Source of the DNA: Marsupella aquatica
Lineage: Eukaryota > Plantae > Marchantiophyta
Length of the DNA: 64,000 nucleotides
Assembly (NCBI GenBank): GCA_973895155.1
Contig: OZ316896.1
Span: 7,024,232 to 7,088,231, forward strand
Direction: 5' to 3'
Position numbers and translations under genes: made by a program. Below are positions 48,192 through 63,700 of the stretch, piece by piece. The notes beneath the pieces were generated by a model. The model worked only from the letters and a program-made list of their open reading frames with translations, searched no databases and was not told the DNA's origin. Within the stretch, counting starts at the first letter, position 1; every line of letters starts with the position of its first letter.

Positions 48192-50409
48192 CCTTCTGCC
48201 TCCTATGATGTTGGCAGTAGCTAGTACATTGCCCAGATCGCCCAGGTCTCGATGAAGCTTTGGCTATGGTGGACAGGATGTTGTTCCCAACAGATCCTCT
48301 CAATCACTACACTCTGAAGCTCTTGATAGCTATATGTGACTATGATAGATAGCCGCTTCCAGCACACCCTCTTGCTACACCACAAACCCGACTACAAAGC
48401 TCTCAATAGTATGGCTATGGTGGACAGCCGCTGAGCACGCGCGCCTTCTCAATGCAAAGCTCACGAGAAGCTCATTGCTTAGACTGAGCACCTCGTACAC
48501 ATAGAGGACTTCCGGGAGATCGCGCACTCCTAAGTTGTCCAAGAACTCACAAACTATGATGCTTGAACCTTAACCTGAGTTAAACAGGCACCGAGGTGTT
48601 GACACCTGTCCACATTGTGCTAACTCACCAGTGGTTGGAAAGGTAGGCAACATTGCGGCTATTTGATTTTTGAGGGTGATTTTTCTTAACTCACAATGAG
48701 AAGACAGGTGACTTTACGGATATCTCTAGTGTCTTTTTTCCTTTGCACACTAAACATTTTTTTCTGAGAATGTGCATGAAACTCTCTTGTTGTTTTGTGA
48801 GAATGCGCATCAAACTTAATACCAATATTGCTTATGGAATCAACGCGCCTAACCTACCAAATAGCTCTCCATTTTCCATCTAGGACTATCTCAAAACAAT
48901 AATAAAATGTTAACACATAACCATTTGATTGTCAACCCATAGCTCTCAGTCTTCCATCCAAGAATGCCCTCAATACAAGAATAAACTGTGTGTATTAAGT
49001 TAATAGACTCGTATGTTTTGACTTGGACTTTTGTTGACTAAAGGGATCCAGCCCTCCTCCCAACAATTCTCCATCCCATACCCATCCTCCCTCCAACTCA
49101 TAGCCATTTGACTCTCAACCCATAGCTCTCCATCTTCCATCCCATACATCTTTACTTGGATCAATTTTCAAGCCATCCGCCTTCCAACCCATAGCCATTT
49201 GACTCTCATACATCTTCACTTGGATCAATTGCCAAGAATATACAAGTTTCATGAGGTATCATACATTTTGGCTCTTGGTGCTAATGGGTTTTTCCATTAG
49301 CATGTGAAAAACATATTTAGAAATTAAACCCCACTATCACGGAGAGAAATTTTTAGGTTTTTTCATCCCAATGCATAACTTAATAAGAAAAAATGGGGAG
49401 ACCTTGATTTCTTAGAACCACGCAAGTCCACCCTGTTAGAATTCCTCTCACTCACTCAACTAAAACATTTGTAAAAATGTAACGTAAAGTACTGGTCATG
49501 TGTGTTACTCTTCATTCAGTGAACTAAAAAATTGTAAAATAATGTAACTCAAAATAGTGGTCATATGTTTTGGTGGGCGTGTCTCCAAGCAGTACGGTTC
49601 TGGTTTCGCAAGGTACTCTCTTTGAACATCTCTATTCTGGATCCATACCTGTTTGTTTGCCTTTTCGGGAGTAAAATCTCTTTTCATGTAGTTTAGTCAC
49701 TCGTTGCTCGAAAGCGAGTTTGGGTCCAGCGAGCGATCCTTCCATGCTTACGACCTCACTCTAATCAGATTGGCGCCCAACTTGTATCGTATCAGAGCAT
49801 TGCAGTCTGATCAGTCTTAGAAACGGCCGAGCAAGAGCTGGGCATTCTGCGAGGGGGGTCTCAACGCTTCGAAGTTGAGATTTGAAAGCAATGCAGGTAT
49901 CAACGTGTCGACGCGGAGAAGAAATGAAATACTGAGGGATGCGAACTGCAAAAGACGAACAGGCATTTGATGACAGTGGCTATAGTCTCTGAAAGAAATT
50001 AATTTGTTGCTATGGAGACGATGGGAAGCAGAGGCAGCTCGTTTTAGAGCACGGGGAATTCATGATGGGTATGACATCAAAATGAGAGCAAAGCAGGGCT
50101 GAAGCTCACCACGAAAGCCATTTCGTAGTACATGCGGAGATCTCATATAGCCGGCAACGAGTACTGGAGTGGTAGATGCCCATTTTATCGGATTGCTAGG
50201 TTTCTAGTCGAACTCTAGCATTCTTGTTTCCTAATAATGAAAACCAGGTCAAGAAACGAGATACTTAATAGTAAAGCACGTTACTGTTGCTTGAACACGA
50301 AGACCTGACCAAGCCAACGGAGAAATGGTGGTGACAGAGCCGCCGACCCACTGAGTTAACTGCAGAAGCGGACCGAAAGTTTTTGTGGTTGCAGTGCTCA
50401 TTACTAGAT

Positions 50410-53400
50410 ATGTTTTCGCCGGCTCGCGGAAGGATTGGTTCCGTCCGAGGGAAGGGAGGAGTAGTGGGAGGAGCTGCCAGCCCCTCTCCAGCTCCATCGT
50501 CTCCTGCTCTCACGGCTCACCTTACAGGCGCTGGCGCACTCCGTGGAGGGCTTTCTCCTTTGTCTCCGTGGTCCTCTTCTAGCACTCCCGTACCTGCCAG
50601 GTAGCACCTCTATTCAATTCTAAGCCTGTCACTATCTTTCATAGTTGTTTGAAGATATAGCACAGGAGTCCAGTTTAGTAGAGCTATGTAGAAAAATGAA
50701 TGGAGAACTTCGCCATTGTGAGAGGGTTTATGGTGTTTTACCAGTGCTGCACACCCCTCATCGTCTATTGGGACATCGATCACTCTGAGCAGAGCTCCAT
50801 GTGTTAACTTTCGTTTATTTTCTTAGGACATCACCGGTTCTGAGGAGTGGAGACAAGGTTGGTGTGGATGGTAGCCAACCAGTGTTCGTTAGCGACTTCC
50901 CTCAACAGCTCCGCACATCTCACATTGAACGTCCTGTCCTAAGAACTGGTACAACCTCAATGAGTTGATTTGGTTCGCGAACTAGCTTGTCGTCAGGGTT
51001 CAGGATTTCTCCTGTTAGAATGTTTTTGTGCAAAGCATGCTTAAAGTGCTCAGTTTCGGTAAGGGCATCGTTACTATGTGGCGCGTCAGTCGATTTGATG
51101 TTTTGAGTCTTAGGTTGAAATTTTGATGCACCGTAAACCATAGGTTTCTGCAATATGATCTGTAAGAAAATCAAGATGGGCTTGGTGATGATTTCAAGAT
51201 TCGTGATTTTATTTCGGCTGCAGCTCTTAGTTCAAGTATCTCGATTCGTCTCTTGCTCTGACGTGTGACAGATACTGGAATTCATGGCGGTATGGAGGGA
51301 AAAAATGGTCTTTCATGGGTTCTCCACGGAGAGAATCTTTTCGTATGGAGCCATCTTAACAGTCGTGGTCCTCAAGGTTGCGCCGTTCTCACAATTCCTC
51401 CTCAATTTTCGCGTGATGGTCGTGGAAGTGATCCAAAGCTGGGCGAAAATTGGTTGGTTTGCATATTTGGGAGGCAGGTAAAGGATTGTAGCGATGTGAG
51501 CTTCGTCAAAGCTTGCCATTCTGCGGGTGTAATCATGTGTAACAAGAAGAACCTGGCAGTTGTGTACTGGCCTGATGCCTTCACGGATGGTGATACTTGT
51601 GTCAGTCTTGGACCTGAGGAGAAAATTGATGGGCCGTCAGGATTGAATGCCTCCGTCGATGAAAGTAGGTTAAATACGCGCCGGTCGTTTTCGAGCTGGA
51701 CGGGTAATGCCGGTGGCAATGCTGTGGACTTGATGAATTCCCTGGTTGCCTCACCTATGGATGGAGCAAATAGTGACGCATGCGTCGCAGTAGCGGGGAG
51801 GTCCAATGGGGACTTGTGGCGCATTGACTGCAGTGCAGATGGGATAAGTCGGCAAAAGATAGCTCGAGATGTTGTGAGTCAGGATATGGGACTGATCGCT
51901 TTCAATAGCTCAACCGCGCGTTCGCTTGTCTGGCGTTCGGGCCCGACTGCTGGCTTTCGGCCACTCCTGTTATTGACTGCATCTGGTCTTGAGTGCTGGA
52001 ACGTGACCCTGGCAGCAGGTGGCAGTGTGAGTCTAGCTTGGAGTTATGATATCTTAGTAGAGAAGGACGTTTTGAAGGATTTGGCCAATCACAAGCAAGT
52101 TTGGCTGTTGGACTTGCAAGTTGATGATAATGGGAACAATTTTACAGTGCTCATTGTGTCGTTCTTGAAGGACAGAATAAATAGTTCAAGCTACATGCAG
52201 TATTCTCTCCTTACTTTCTTCGACACTACTCCCCCTCATGGTAAGGTGATAAGGAAAGCCCCATTGCAAGTCATACTTCCTAAAGCAAGAGTAGAAGAAG
52301 AGGAGTTCCTGTATTCCATGCGTCTTCGGATTGGAGGTAAACCTGCGGGATCTGCTGTGATCTTATCTGGTGATGGAACTGCCACAATCACCCACTTTCG
52401 CAGTGGAAGTCTTCGACTTTATCAATTTGATTTAGCCTGGGGTGCAGGAAAGGTCTTAGATGCATCTGCTGTTCCTCCATTAGAAGATGGCGACGACGGT
52501 TCTTGGCTGGTGCTCACAGAGAAGGCAGGTGTTTGGGCTGTTCCTGAAAGGACTATATTCCTTGGTGGTGTGGAACCTCCAGAGAGAAGCCTTTCTCGCA
52601 GAGGAAGTTCTAACGAGGAATCTGCCAAAGAGGAACGACGACGTGTCTTTGGGGAGAATGTGGCTCTCCGTCGTGTAAGCTCAGAGACCGGAGTCGTAGC
52701 AGAGAATAGGGAGAAAGTAATTGCCAGACCGAATCAAAAACACCTTCATGATGAAGAGGCGGAAGCCATCGCCGGAAGGCTGTTTCATCAATACGTGACT
52801 TCTGGAAAGGCAGAATCGGCTTTTGAAAAGCTTGAACAAGCTGGAGGATTTGAGAGAGAGGGTGAGATGAACATCTTCGCCCGTACTAGCAGACAAATAG
52901 TTGATACCTTGGCCAAGCATTGGGTGGCTGGTGGAGCTGGCAATGCTGCAGTCATGGCTGCAGTTTCATCTCAACTTTTAGAAAAGCAACGAAGGCATCA
53001 GCAGTACCTCAATTTCCTTTCAGTGACAAAGTGTCATGTTGGGCTTCAACTAAAGCAAAGTAAGTTTGACCTAGAACAGCTCACCTAGTCCCTTCTTGCC
53101 CCTTCCTATCATTCAGCCAGTAAAGGATTAGTCTCTATTGATACAATTGGTACTATCGATAGCATCAGCTATCAATTGCTACTTGTGAGGATAAATACCG
53201 AGGACCACGTTTCATTTGACTTGAGCTGAATTGTGAAACTTATTTCGTTGCCATTGTAACCAAGGGGTAAATACGTGAACGTGCCATTGTTGGATTGGAT
53301 TTTTCTTGTGGACCTACCGGACGTCTCATCGGGTTCACTGGATTTCCTTCATTTGTGTGAAAATTATTAAGTAGATTCTTTACTGGGTCCCTACTAGGTG

Positions 53401-56365
53401 GATTGTGAATATTCTATCTGTGTGGTTTAACAGGATGGACACTTCATGCAATCATGGAGCATGGGGAGAAACTTGCTGGCATGGTGCAATTGCGAGAATT
53501 ACATAATAGTTGGGCTCAGGCACGAACTCATAATACGGACGCGGAGCAGTCAGAGACCATTGAAGTGGGAGGTGCACTGTGGGACACTGTCCAACTTGTT
53601 GGGGAAAAGGCCCGTAGGACTAATGTCATGCTGATGGATAGAGAGAAGTCAGAGGTGTTTTACACTCGCGTGTCAGATTTAGAAGAGTTCTTTTCATGCC
53701 TCCAACAGCACGGAACCTCTATTGTTGGGCGCGAGCAACCACTCAGGGTTCAAATTGATCGGCTCTGTGAGATAGCTGAGTCTGCAACAAGCCTGATACG
53801 ATCTGCCATCCGATACAGGGACACCTATCAGACTTGGTATCCTTCACCTGAAGGACTGACACCTTGGTATTGTACACCCACAGTGCGATCTGGAGTGTGG
53901 AAAGTAGCAACTATGATCTTAGATAGAAAGGCAGAAGCAAGCGTATCGGTGCCCTCAATGGAACCGCTATTAGGTTCGTGGCTAGAAGAAGTTGCGGATG
54001 TGTTGCTAGAAGGGTATGCGGGAGCAATCACAGCAAAGGTAGAGCGGGAAGAAGAATATCGAGGCTTGCAAATGGAGTATTGGAATCGAAGAGATACGCT
54101 TTTTACTGCTCTCCAGCAGCACGCTAAGGCAATCGCTACTACATCAGTACAGGTTTGAATTTCCCCAGGCTGGTGTTGAAAATATTTGATGCATGTGTTG
54201 TTTGGCTGACGTGCTTGTTTTTCAGCATGGTTGTATTCATTTTCCTTGAAAGGGATTTCGAGCTTTTTGTGCTCACGACATGTATTGTCGTTTTGAAGCA
54301 GCATCTTAAGGTTGACAACGTAGAACGACAACGGCAACTTGTGCTCCAGAAATTGTATCTATCTCTTACAGCTCTTGCACGGCGCCATGCAGGCTACCAA
54401 ACTCTTTTCAACATATGTACTGATCTTAATGACAGGGATCAGTTATGCAAGCTAATGGTAAGCCACTGTACATTTTTATGCGGCCACCACAGTTTCTCCT
54501 GTACAAATGGCTCGAGTGGCTCGCCCATGTATCGCTTTTATCTCTTTCCATGGTCAGAAGACAAATGTCTTTTCTTGCTGTCATGTCACCATCTGTTAAT
54601 GTTTCATGTTTCCGAATAAGATAGGAAGGATCATATTTGGTTCTATTATCAATTGCAAATTCAAATGGGAAGTGACAGTCTCAATCTTGAAGTGTCACCG
54701 TTTCAAAGTCAGTCGTCCATTCAAGTGCTTGAATTGCACCTTCATGTGTTGACTCGATAGAAATACGCTTCTCGGTTTTTTGTCTAGAACTTGAGGCTCG
54801 TTGGGGTACCAAAGAGTTGGGTGATTTTGATTCCAAAGCGCTTGTGGTGGCATGCAGATAACTCATAAATTTTGGATAATTTTTGCAGCATGAAAGCATG
54901 GGATTGCGGGAGGGTCGTTTCAGTCATTATGTGTTTGAGCAACTCTATAAAAGAAAACAATACTCCAAGCTATTGCGCTTTGGAGAAGAGTTCCAACAAG
55001 AGTTGTCATCATTTATGCAGGAGCATTTACAACTTCGGTGGTTGCATGAATTGTTCAGAGAACAATATATGTCTGCCTCTGGTACCTTACAATCTGTAGC
55101 ACTTCTTCCCGACTTTCCAGTCACAGTAACTGGAATGTACACAAAAGATTCTGAGGATGGTTTCAGGTACAAAGAGAAACTTAGAGATCGCCGGCGATTG
55201 TTATATTTAGCCAAGTTGGCAGCCCTTTCCGGTAAGGATGTACTATCTTAACTAAAGCCATCAATCTGGATCGTAACCAAAAAATCTGAGCTTTAGGGTT
55301 TCGGGTTTAGGGTATATTCTAGCTACCCAGATATATTCTAGCTTCCCAGATAAGCGTTCGAGCCCGGAGCGGGGTTGACAGTTATTGTTAAATGACCTTT
55401 TTGGTATGGAAGTAACTCTGGTCTGGTGGATGGTAGCTTCACACAAAAAATGGATGACTAGACTGTCTCGCAAATAGGCTTTGTTTGATTGCTGAACAGT
55501 CTTTGGAGATTTTCAAATATCCATCGGTATTGGATTTTACAGGTGGTGACCTGGGAGGTGGAGATAAGGTTGAACGTATCAATGCAAATATAGCTATCAT
55601 TGCAGTTCAGGTCAGTTCTCTTGGTCGTAATTTCCTAGTTGTGCATTAACATGTGGTTTCTGGTTTTTGTCCTCCGTCGCCCTACTGATACCCTCACTGA
55701 TTGCTATTGGCTTATATTCGGTTCGTCCGTTTGCAAACTTTTGTGAAGGCTGGTTTTTGCTCTTTCTATGTGAGACCTTAAGCTACTGCCTGTGTGGTGG
55801 ACCCATGCAGGAAGAGGCTGTAAAGAAAGGTAGTTGTGGAGGTGAAATTCTACATTCTGGGCAGCTAGTGGAAGTATGCTTGAAAAGTGGAGACCGACAT
55901 CTTCTTTTGCAGGCTTTTGATGTCTTCGCATATGCTGGCGAAAGCTTCCGAAAGGGAAATAAGAGCCTCCTTGAGGCAGCATGGTTACGTGCAGCAGATA
56001 AAGATAAATGGGCACAAATAAGGCAAATCTCTGAAGAGGAAGGCTGGAGTGATGAGCATCATTGGCAGTTCCTGCAAAGTACTGCTTTATTTCAAATCTC
56101 AAAGAAATGCTATGGGGAGGGAAGCCCTTGTTACGGGGCCCCCTTTCAAGAGATCTTGCCTTTACTGGAGAGTGATGTAGGACTTTTGGATGCTAAGGGA
56201 AAGTTGACGAGATTGGAAACGGGCAAAAAGTCTGTGGAAGGAATTCTTATGCAACATTCAGGGTTTCCTGATGCGAGTGATGCAATGCTAACTGCTCTCC
56301 GTATGGGAGCTGCTTCTGGGAATGAATACGATGACAAGGAGGCAGAGATTATTGTCGAACTCTAG
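50410..56365 (+). CDS. NUP133: Nuclear pore complex protein Nup133, 8 exons
   Basis: Exons ~50410-50600, 50827-50948, 51272-53059, 53434-54152, ~54302-54457, 54889-55231, 55543-55610, 55811-56365 with GT-AG introns. Plant Nup133 motifs MFSP, PVFVSDFPQ, KAPLQVILPKARVE, SGDGTAT, LYQFDL..GKVLDAS, GGVEPPERSLSR, MDREKSEVFY. Confidence 0.93.
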
Positions 56366-58329
56366 CTGGAACACAATCGACTTGGCGGGGAAGAGGGATT
56401 AATTTGAAGCTTTCGCTTATGCCCATGTTCATGACAAGCTTAGATTGAGAACCTAAACGCTTCACATGATGGCTCGCCTCTATTATTGGAACTTTATTTT
56501 GTTTCCGAGGGTCCTGAAATGTGACATTGTTCAACAATGATTCACAACGTTTTGATGGAATAGTGAATCCTTCTTATTAACTTTACATCGACAATCAGCG
56601 TGGACTCGAAACTACTCTCTGACAATTCCTTCCGGGGATCACTGTGTGAAGGTAGTGTCAGAGGTCAACTCAGTGTCAAGCGAATCTTATCGAGAGGAGT
56701 ACGCACCCGCTTGATAGGCCTGTACAAGGGTGATTACATATCTTTCATCCCTTGCTTTTGCAATTATGGATCGGTTGACATCAGAAAGGCTCGAGATCCT
56801 TTCTGTTCATGCTGTTATTATTGTATCTAGAAGTTTTTCCGTTATGACTTTCTCCCTGTAGTTAATTAATTATAATCTGTGTGTCTGGGTTGCAGTCTGA
56901 CTTTCTGCCCAAGTCTGGAGGACCAAGGTGGGAGGTTAGATGTGGAGGTCTTAATTTATAGCAGACTCTCGTAGAAATTTGAGGGAGCCAGAAGTATGTT
57001 TAAAAAATCCGATGCCTCTGATGCACTTTGGTTTTGGATACTTCCAATGCTCAGTCTTTGCTTTTGGTAAGGTGGGGAGCATTTCGTGTGATGACAGATA
57101 TGATCGTTGTTAGGTGTCAGTTCTTTATGTCAACTTCTTCCTGGGACTTGCTGGAGTTGTTGAACTGGGGGAACAAGGTGTCTATCAGCCTTTAACCAAG
57201 GGATTCTCAATTCTCCCGCTTTCGAGTCTTTAACCAAAGACTGGAGTCGGCCTGTAATGCATTCGATTTGGGCCAATTGGCAAATTTCTTGCAGGTGCTT
57301 AGGATGCATTCCAATATCTGCACTGTTTAATCCCCGTCCTTCCTGTGGAGCATCTCTTTGTACATTTTTAAATTTTTGGGTGTCTTACTTATTGCTGGGC
57401 CTAGTTCTCAATCGCATTGGCATTGATCATACTCCTTTGGACCTGAGACATCGTAACCTTAGGGTCCTTTGTGGACAATGATAATATCTATCCGCTACCC
57501 AGATTTAGATAATTCTGGAGTGAAAAGGATACCAAGTTTACAAGGCGGGAGCTAGCCAGAAGGGCTAAGTCTTGTACGCCCTGCAGTGCCCCAATATACT
57601 CTTCCCATACACCAATTTCGAGGGTGTCGTGAGCTCGTGAAACTCGAACGGGCTTAGTGTTGGGTGACACAATTGGGGTGAAAGAGTAAAGTTGAATATT
57701 TTTACTTACCAGCCATTGATGTGTAAAGCAAACTCACGGGTCAAGACTCAGTATGATAGCAAAGAATAAATCACACTAAGTGGAGCTTACTGACTTTTCT
57801 ACCATTTCAAAGCCTTAAAGACTGATCTTTGTTAAATGTTTAGTCTCAAATAGACTGAGTTTGCTCATTCCCATGTGTAAGATGTTTTGCCCACTCTGTG
57901 GATTGTTTAACATCTGTTATTTTGCACCTGAAATTCACATGGATTGGATTTTTGTAAGAATTCTCTTTGAGAAGCACATTTTGATCTCTATTTCAGATTC
58001 TTCTAGCACTTGTTTTTTGTAGGGATATTTTTTCATTAGGGGTCTCTTGCAAATTCTCTACCTGCACATTTCTGTTTGTGATGAAAACACCTTAATTTTT
58101 GGGGCACCATGTCATAAATATTAAACATAAAAAAAACTAAAATATAAATTAAGAGTTGTCATTTAGTAAAACAAAGTTATCATTTTGATGCTTATCAAAG
58201 ATATATCAGTGTTTTATATTAACATGTTTGTATTTTTTAATTGTTTGCAAGTTTGAAAAAATCAATCGATAAAAATATACATAATTAAAGTCTATTTGAT
58301 TTCACATTGTAAAATTAAATAATAAATCT

Positions 58330-58800
58330 CCTTAGTATTTGATAAAATTTGTCAATGTTTGATTCATTGGAAAATTCAAGATCAAGATTTAAAAATTCAT
58401 GATCTTTTTAATAATGTCTTGATAAAATCTTTCAATGTCACTCATTGGAAAATTAAAGTAAAATTAAAAACTCATCATCTCTTTAGTATTTGACAAAATC
58501 TATTAATGTTAGGTTCATTGGAAAGCTAAAGAAATTTAGATACTCGTGATCTCTCTATTTCTTGACAAATAATCTCAATGTCACACATTAGAAAGCTAAA
58601 AAGATTGAAAACCTCTTGATCTCTTGAATACCATGACAAAATCTGACATAAAATTTGTAAATATCAGACTCAATGCTAGAAAGCTAAAAGAATTCATGAA
58701 CTCATAATCAAAATTTCTTATACTAACACTCATTGGAAAGGCAAAGATATTCAAAAACCCATATGGAACTTGATAAATTTGTCAATTTGAGGCTCATTGG
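58330..58800. repeat. Degenerate AT-rich tandem repeat (~60-bp unit)
   Basis: Recurring TTGATAAAAT..TCAATGT..CATTGGAAA units. Confidence 0.6.
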
Positions 58801-59099
58801 AAACCCTTTTCTCGATTAAGAGATATCACAATCTCGTCACCGTCACAAACTTAGGCGCTACAAATTGATTTCTTTGAATACGTCACCATTGCTTGTCCAC
58901 AATGCTTGCTTCCCGGCTTGAATTGTTCGCATCTCTTAGATAGTCTTCAACTAAAGCTCACTCTAAACACAGGTTGACACCAAATGCAATCTCTATGTCA
59001 AAGAAACAATTGTTGGTCTTCCTCTCACACCATAGCTTTCTTAAATAAAAATAACTACAAATCCTTTGTTTGAAGTGATGGCTCGTTTGTTTTGTGTGT

Positions 59100-60748
59100 T
59101 CTTCCCACCAAATTGACAAGCGCTCTTTTGCCAACAATTGAGTGTTGTGCTCTAGTTTGTCTTGTGGCGGTAATGCTCAATGTAACTCACAAACAATCAA
59201 TCAAGAATGGTTGAAAGATGATTTCTCTAATGTGTAAAAAAAACCTATAAGAAAACTCAATTCTTCCACATTCAACCTTCCGTTTGATAAATCTCTATCT
59301 TTTGAGCATTTGTTTTTGTATGAGCAAACACCAACACCATTGGGAGACTCAAAATTGTTGGTTATCGCCTTGATGAAAATTGATTTCACTTGATCACACA
59401 AACATTCCTTGGATGAACATGGGGGTCCACGGATTAATTAATGTTTTGTTCCCTTGTTAATGAGCACAAAAATGAACAAATGTTATAAATCAATTGCCAA
59501 TGGGATGCATCACTTTTGTGGCTAATGTCTTGCCCAAAGCTACCCACCCACTTTGGGGAAGGAAGTTTTACTTTTGTGAAGGATACTTAGAGTACTTTGT
59601 GCATACTACTGATATCTACATAAACTAATGGAAACCTGCTACAAACTGTTAAGAACCTGCCTACAGATCACACTTCAGTCAAAATTGTAAAAAGTATTGT
59701 TTGAACATTTTTTAATGTTCTCAATCACTCCATCCCAACTTTAGAAATCTATGGGACTCCAGGTGACGGGGACGTGCAAAACATTACTAACCTAACTCTT
59801 AGTCCCAATGTAATGTTTGGTTATTTACTCACATCACCCTTTACTCAAATCACCCTTAGGTGGAGAAGTATTCACATCATGTTCCAGACATGCTTCATTT
59901 TCCAATTACTTCTTAAAAACAAGACTCACCTAGAATTGACTTGTCAAGAGCAGTGTAGCATGGACGAAGAATCCTATTATTTTGAGGACTGACTGGTGTC
60001 TTGTATCACTACATTTGGCAACTAACTCTCCTACAATGTGTTAATATGTGGTTCACTAGGCTTTGGGGCAAAATTGGTTAATTAGATAGTGACACCGGGA
60101 TGAACCTCCACCTGGAAAGCGGAAGTTTCACCCCACTTTAGTGTCTTCATAGACCCCTGTGAGATGTGTCTTCCAAATTTGCTAGCTCCATGTGTGGCCA
60201 TATCAGCATTTTTGTCACAAACCAAGAGTTTTGTCTTTATGGAAATACACAAACACAACCATGTGTGTTGACTTGAGACCACAAAAAATTGTCACACCTG
60301 GTCACCATACAAAAATGCCCAAGGAACAGATAATACTCAAGGTAACAACAATAATTGCATGAATAAGGGGCGGATAGGATTGTATGTCAACAATGAACGG
60401 TGATATTCTTCCCACCAAATCGCCAAGCGCTCTTTTGCTAACAGTTGAGTGCTATCCTCCAGTCTGTCTTGTGATGGTAATGTTCAATGTAACTCACAAA
60501 CAATCAATCAAGAATGGTAGAAACACAATTTCTCCAATGTGTAAGCAAAAACCATCAAAAGACTCAATTCCTCCACATTCAACCATCCGTTTGATAAATG
60601 TCCTCTATCTTTTGAGCATTCTCTTTTGTACGAGCACACACCAAGACCATCGGGAGACTCAAAACTGTTGGTTATCGCCTTGCTGAAAATTGATTTCACT
60701 TCATCACACACACATTCCTTGGATGAACATGGGGGTCCACGGATTAAT
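59100..60748. repeat. ~340-bp diverged direct duplication (59100-59440 and 60408-60748)
   Basis: Both start CTTCCCACCAAAT and end GGATGAACATGGGGGTCCACGGATTAATT. Confidence 0.8.
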
Positions 60749-63700
60749 TCAAATTTAGTAATTTCTTCTAACCCTCTTAATTTTTTAAATGCCTTAGTTT
60801 CTTGCAATCAAGTACTTTAGAGTAAATGTTACCTTTTTAAGACTCTACTTTGGCTAGGCTCACAATTAGTCCTTATTTTTTAAAAGGAGAGACTCTCACT
60901 AGGCTCAATCGGGCAACTAGAACTGAACAGTTGGATGGACTGTAGCTTATATACCCATTGGTTGATAACTTTACAATACTCATGGTTTATACATCAGTGT
61001 CACCTGAATAAAGAGCCCCTAAAAATACAGCTCAAAATTAAAGGTTAAAAAGTTTACGTATTTCTTTTTCAACAAATATAATTATACCCATAGTACAATA
61101 GTTAAACACAGTGTACAATAGTTGATGTAATCGTCTTTTTCAAAGTGAGAAAGTATTCTACCTCTTGTTGAAAGAGAATCACTACAAGACAAAGAAGCAA
61201 GCATGTTCCAGGATGAGCATGTTATTTGATTCTGCCTAGATTTGGGATCTAATCATTGTACAAACTTGGAGAAAATGGATTTGAATCCCAAACCTTTCCA
61301 ATGTATGACCCTCATCAATTCAATCAGAAGAAAGAGAAGGGAAGCAAAGGTAGAAGCAAATGGGAGTGCGGGAGGAAAAAATGAAACACTGCTAATTGAC
61401 ATTTGGTGGATTTGTTTGCTCCACACCAAATGGAGTGAAAGGTTGTGTGAAAGGCAAATAATGAACATCTATTGTCTGCAACCATGTCTCCGATATATTT
61501 ACACGTGATGAGCGGGGCGATGAGTCGGCAAAATAAATAAATTATCATTGGACCTGATAAGGATGAGAAAAACCTTTCTTTGACTGATAATATTGAGAAA
61601 TTTGTATGTTTAATGAAAATTGTTCCAATGGATGTGTTTGAGAAAATCTTTGTCGTGCAACCATTGCAGAGTAGTCTCTATATACAAAGAGTATTATTCA
61701 CCGGGATTATTCAAAAAATGATATCGCCATGGGGCCCACACTAATTTGCATTTGTTAATTGTATAATGAATCCAATACCACTCGGCAAGGACCTTAATAA
61801 TTGTTTTCACAACCATGTAAGCAATTAGTGGGCAAGGATGCTGAATAAGAGGCTTTCATGGATTACTTTCTTGAAGGTAGTGTTGTACCCAAACTGCCCG
61901 TGACTATGCAGAATTAAACTAATACCTGGTTGCAGGGTTTCTGGCCACCCTTGGACAATAGAGCAAAGTTGTACACAATTCATACTAGAGTTGCCTCTAC
62001 ATTTGAAATCAGCAGGAACCCAGGTTCCCTCACAATTTCCTACCCTCAAAAGGCTTATTAGTTTTCTTGTATTGCAGAAGAAGAGGTTAGAAGTCACAAT
62101 TTTGAATCCCAATCTAACCTCTTTGTTCCAAGTTGGTAGTTTTATTGTAACTCAAAGTCACAACTAAAATGATGTTAGCATGGACTTCTTTTGTCCTCCC
62201 TCATGAAGCTTCCTGGTGGGCTTTGGGTTCTCGCTAATGAGTTCATTTGTGCAAAGGCAAATAAAGGACAAAATAATTGTTATGGTCAAGGAGTAATGAC
62301 CACCATAATGTAGAGACATCAAATCTTGATGTACTCATGTATCCATTGGGCAAAGCAATGGAATTTGGTATGGATAAGGCCTGGATTGTTAGCTCCTTTC
62401 GCTCCAAAGGATATAGAGAGGTGTTTGAGATTTGACATTAATCACACTCATGTAATTTATTTCCATACAGATTGGGTCTGATTCTTAGGAACAACTTTCA
62501 TCTATAAGCCAATGTAACTTGGCCGTGATCTAGGAGTCCAGCCATGGCAGCCTAAACGTAGTTACACACTTGGACTACGTAGTTACACACAATTTACGTT
62601 TGGAGGGATAGTTATCCCTTGTGGTGGCTCAAACGCCTCATCTTTTGATGTTGAGCCATTGAGCACGAGCTCTGGTGGCTATGGTGTGACCGACCAGGTT
62701 ATGTGTATGTAATGTGGATACGCAAGGGGCGTTTGGCTTGACACTTGTATTTGATCAGATTGGACATGATCGGTTGAATGTGTATTGTTGGCGTTGATCA
62801 TGGTTCAATTTCTATGAAGATTGTGCGGATTTGTTTGTCATTTACAGTAAAGCACGATTATTATCCTAAAATGGTTGGACAACCATAATGAGTACTTAAG
62901 GTACCGTCACCGGTCTGAACTAAGGAGATCTACGTAACAACCACGTCAAGTGTCATGCCTTTACTAAGTAATGAGTAGAGGATGATCCAAAGTAGCCCCC
63001 AAAATAAAATTGTATCTAGGGCCAACATCAATTGGCGCTTTACTAAGACGCCCTCATGCTTGTGCAGCAAAGGGTCATCCCACCCTTCCGGGCACTCATA
63101 GACCAAAGAGAGAAATCTCTCGAGCATAAGGCAAAAAGGCCAGCTGGATTTTGTCTCACAAGGCATTCGCGCACTTGTCATCTTTCGACTAGAGCTCTCG
63201 ATAGAACGCAATGCAATGATCTACTCACTTCATACTCACGTTACTAGATTTGTCAGGCAGAATGGAGTCAGGAAGAACATGGAGAGCGGAGGTTCCCCCG
63301 GCTAGGAACAAGAAGGGAGCTCTGTCTTCACAGGAGAAGATCCGCAACTCCCTGGGCCCTCAGCTTACAAAATAACAAAACATACGTGCAAACGTCCAAT
63401 GGGTATTAAATATCAAATCCGCAAATAATATTACAACACCGTTCTAAGCAACAAGGTCCTTGTTTATATTTGAAACCGATTAGAAGAGGTGAAGGGTTTT
63501 TTTAAATGTGTCCCAAAGTTAATGAATTGAAGGCCCATGGTAATACCTAATGACACGCGTCACTTGTTCATTGGACCACCGTCACTTGTTCATTGGACCA
63601 GTGGATTAGGGGGTTCTAATTTCAAGAAGGACAATAGTGAAGCCCAATGGGTTTGTGTTGAGTGTGGTGATTTCAATATTTGTAATATTTGCTCTCAGTT

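Noticed and set aside
51284-56337. Alternative-frame and antisense ORFs overlapping Nup133
   Set aside because: Shadow ORFs of the real coding exons.
59700-62500. Degenerate copia integrase and LINE remnants
   Set aside because: Only faint motif traces across many stops; cannot be supported without alignment.
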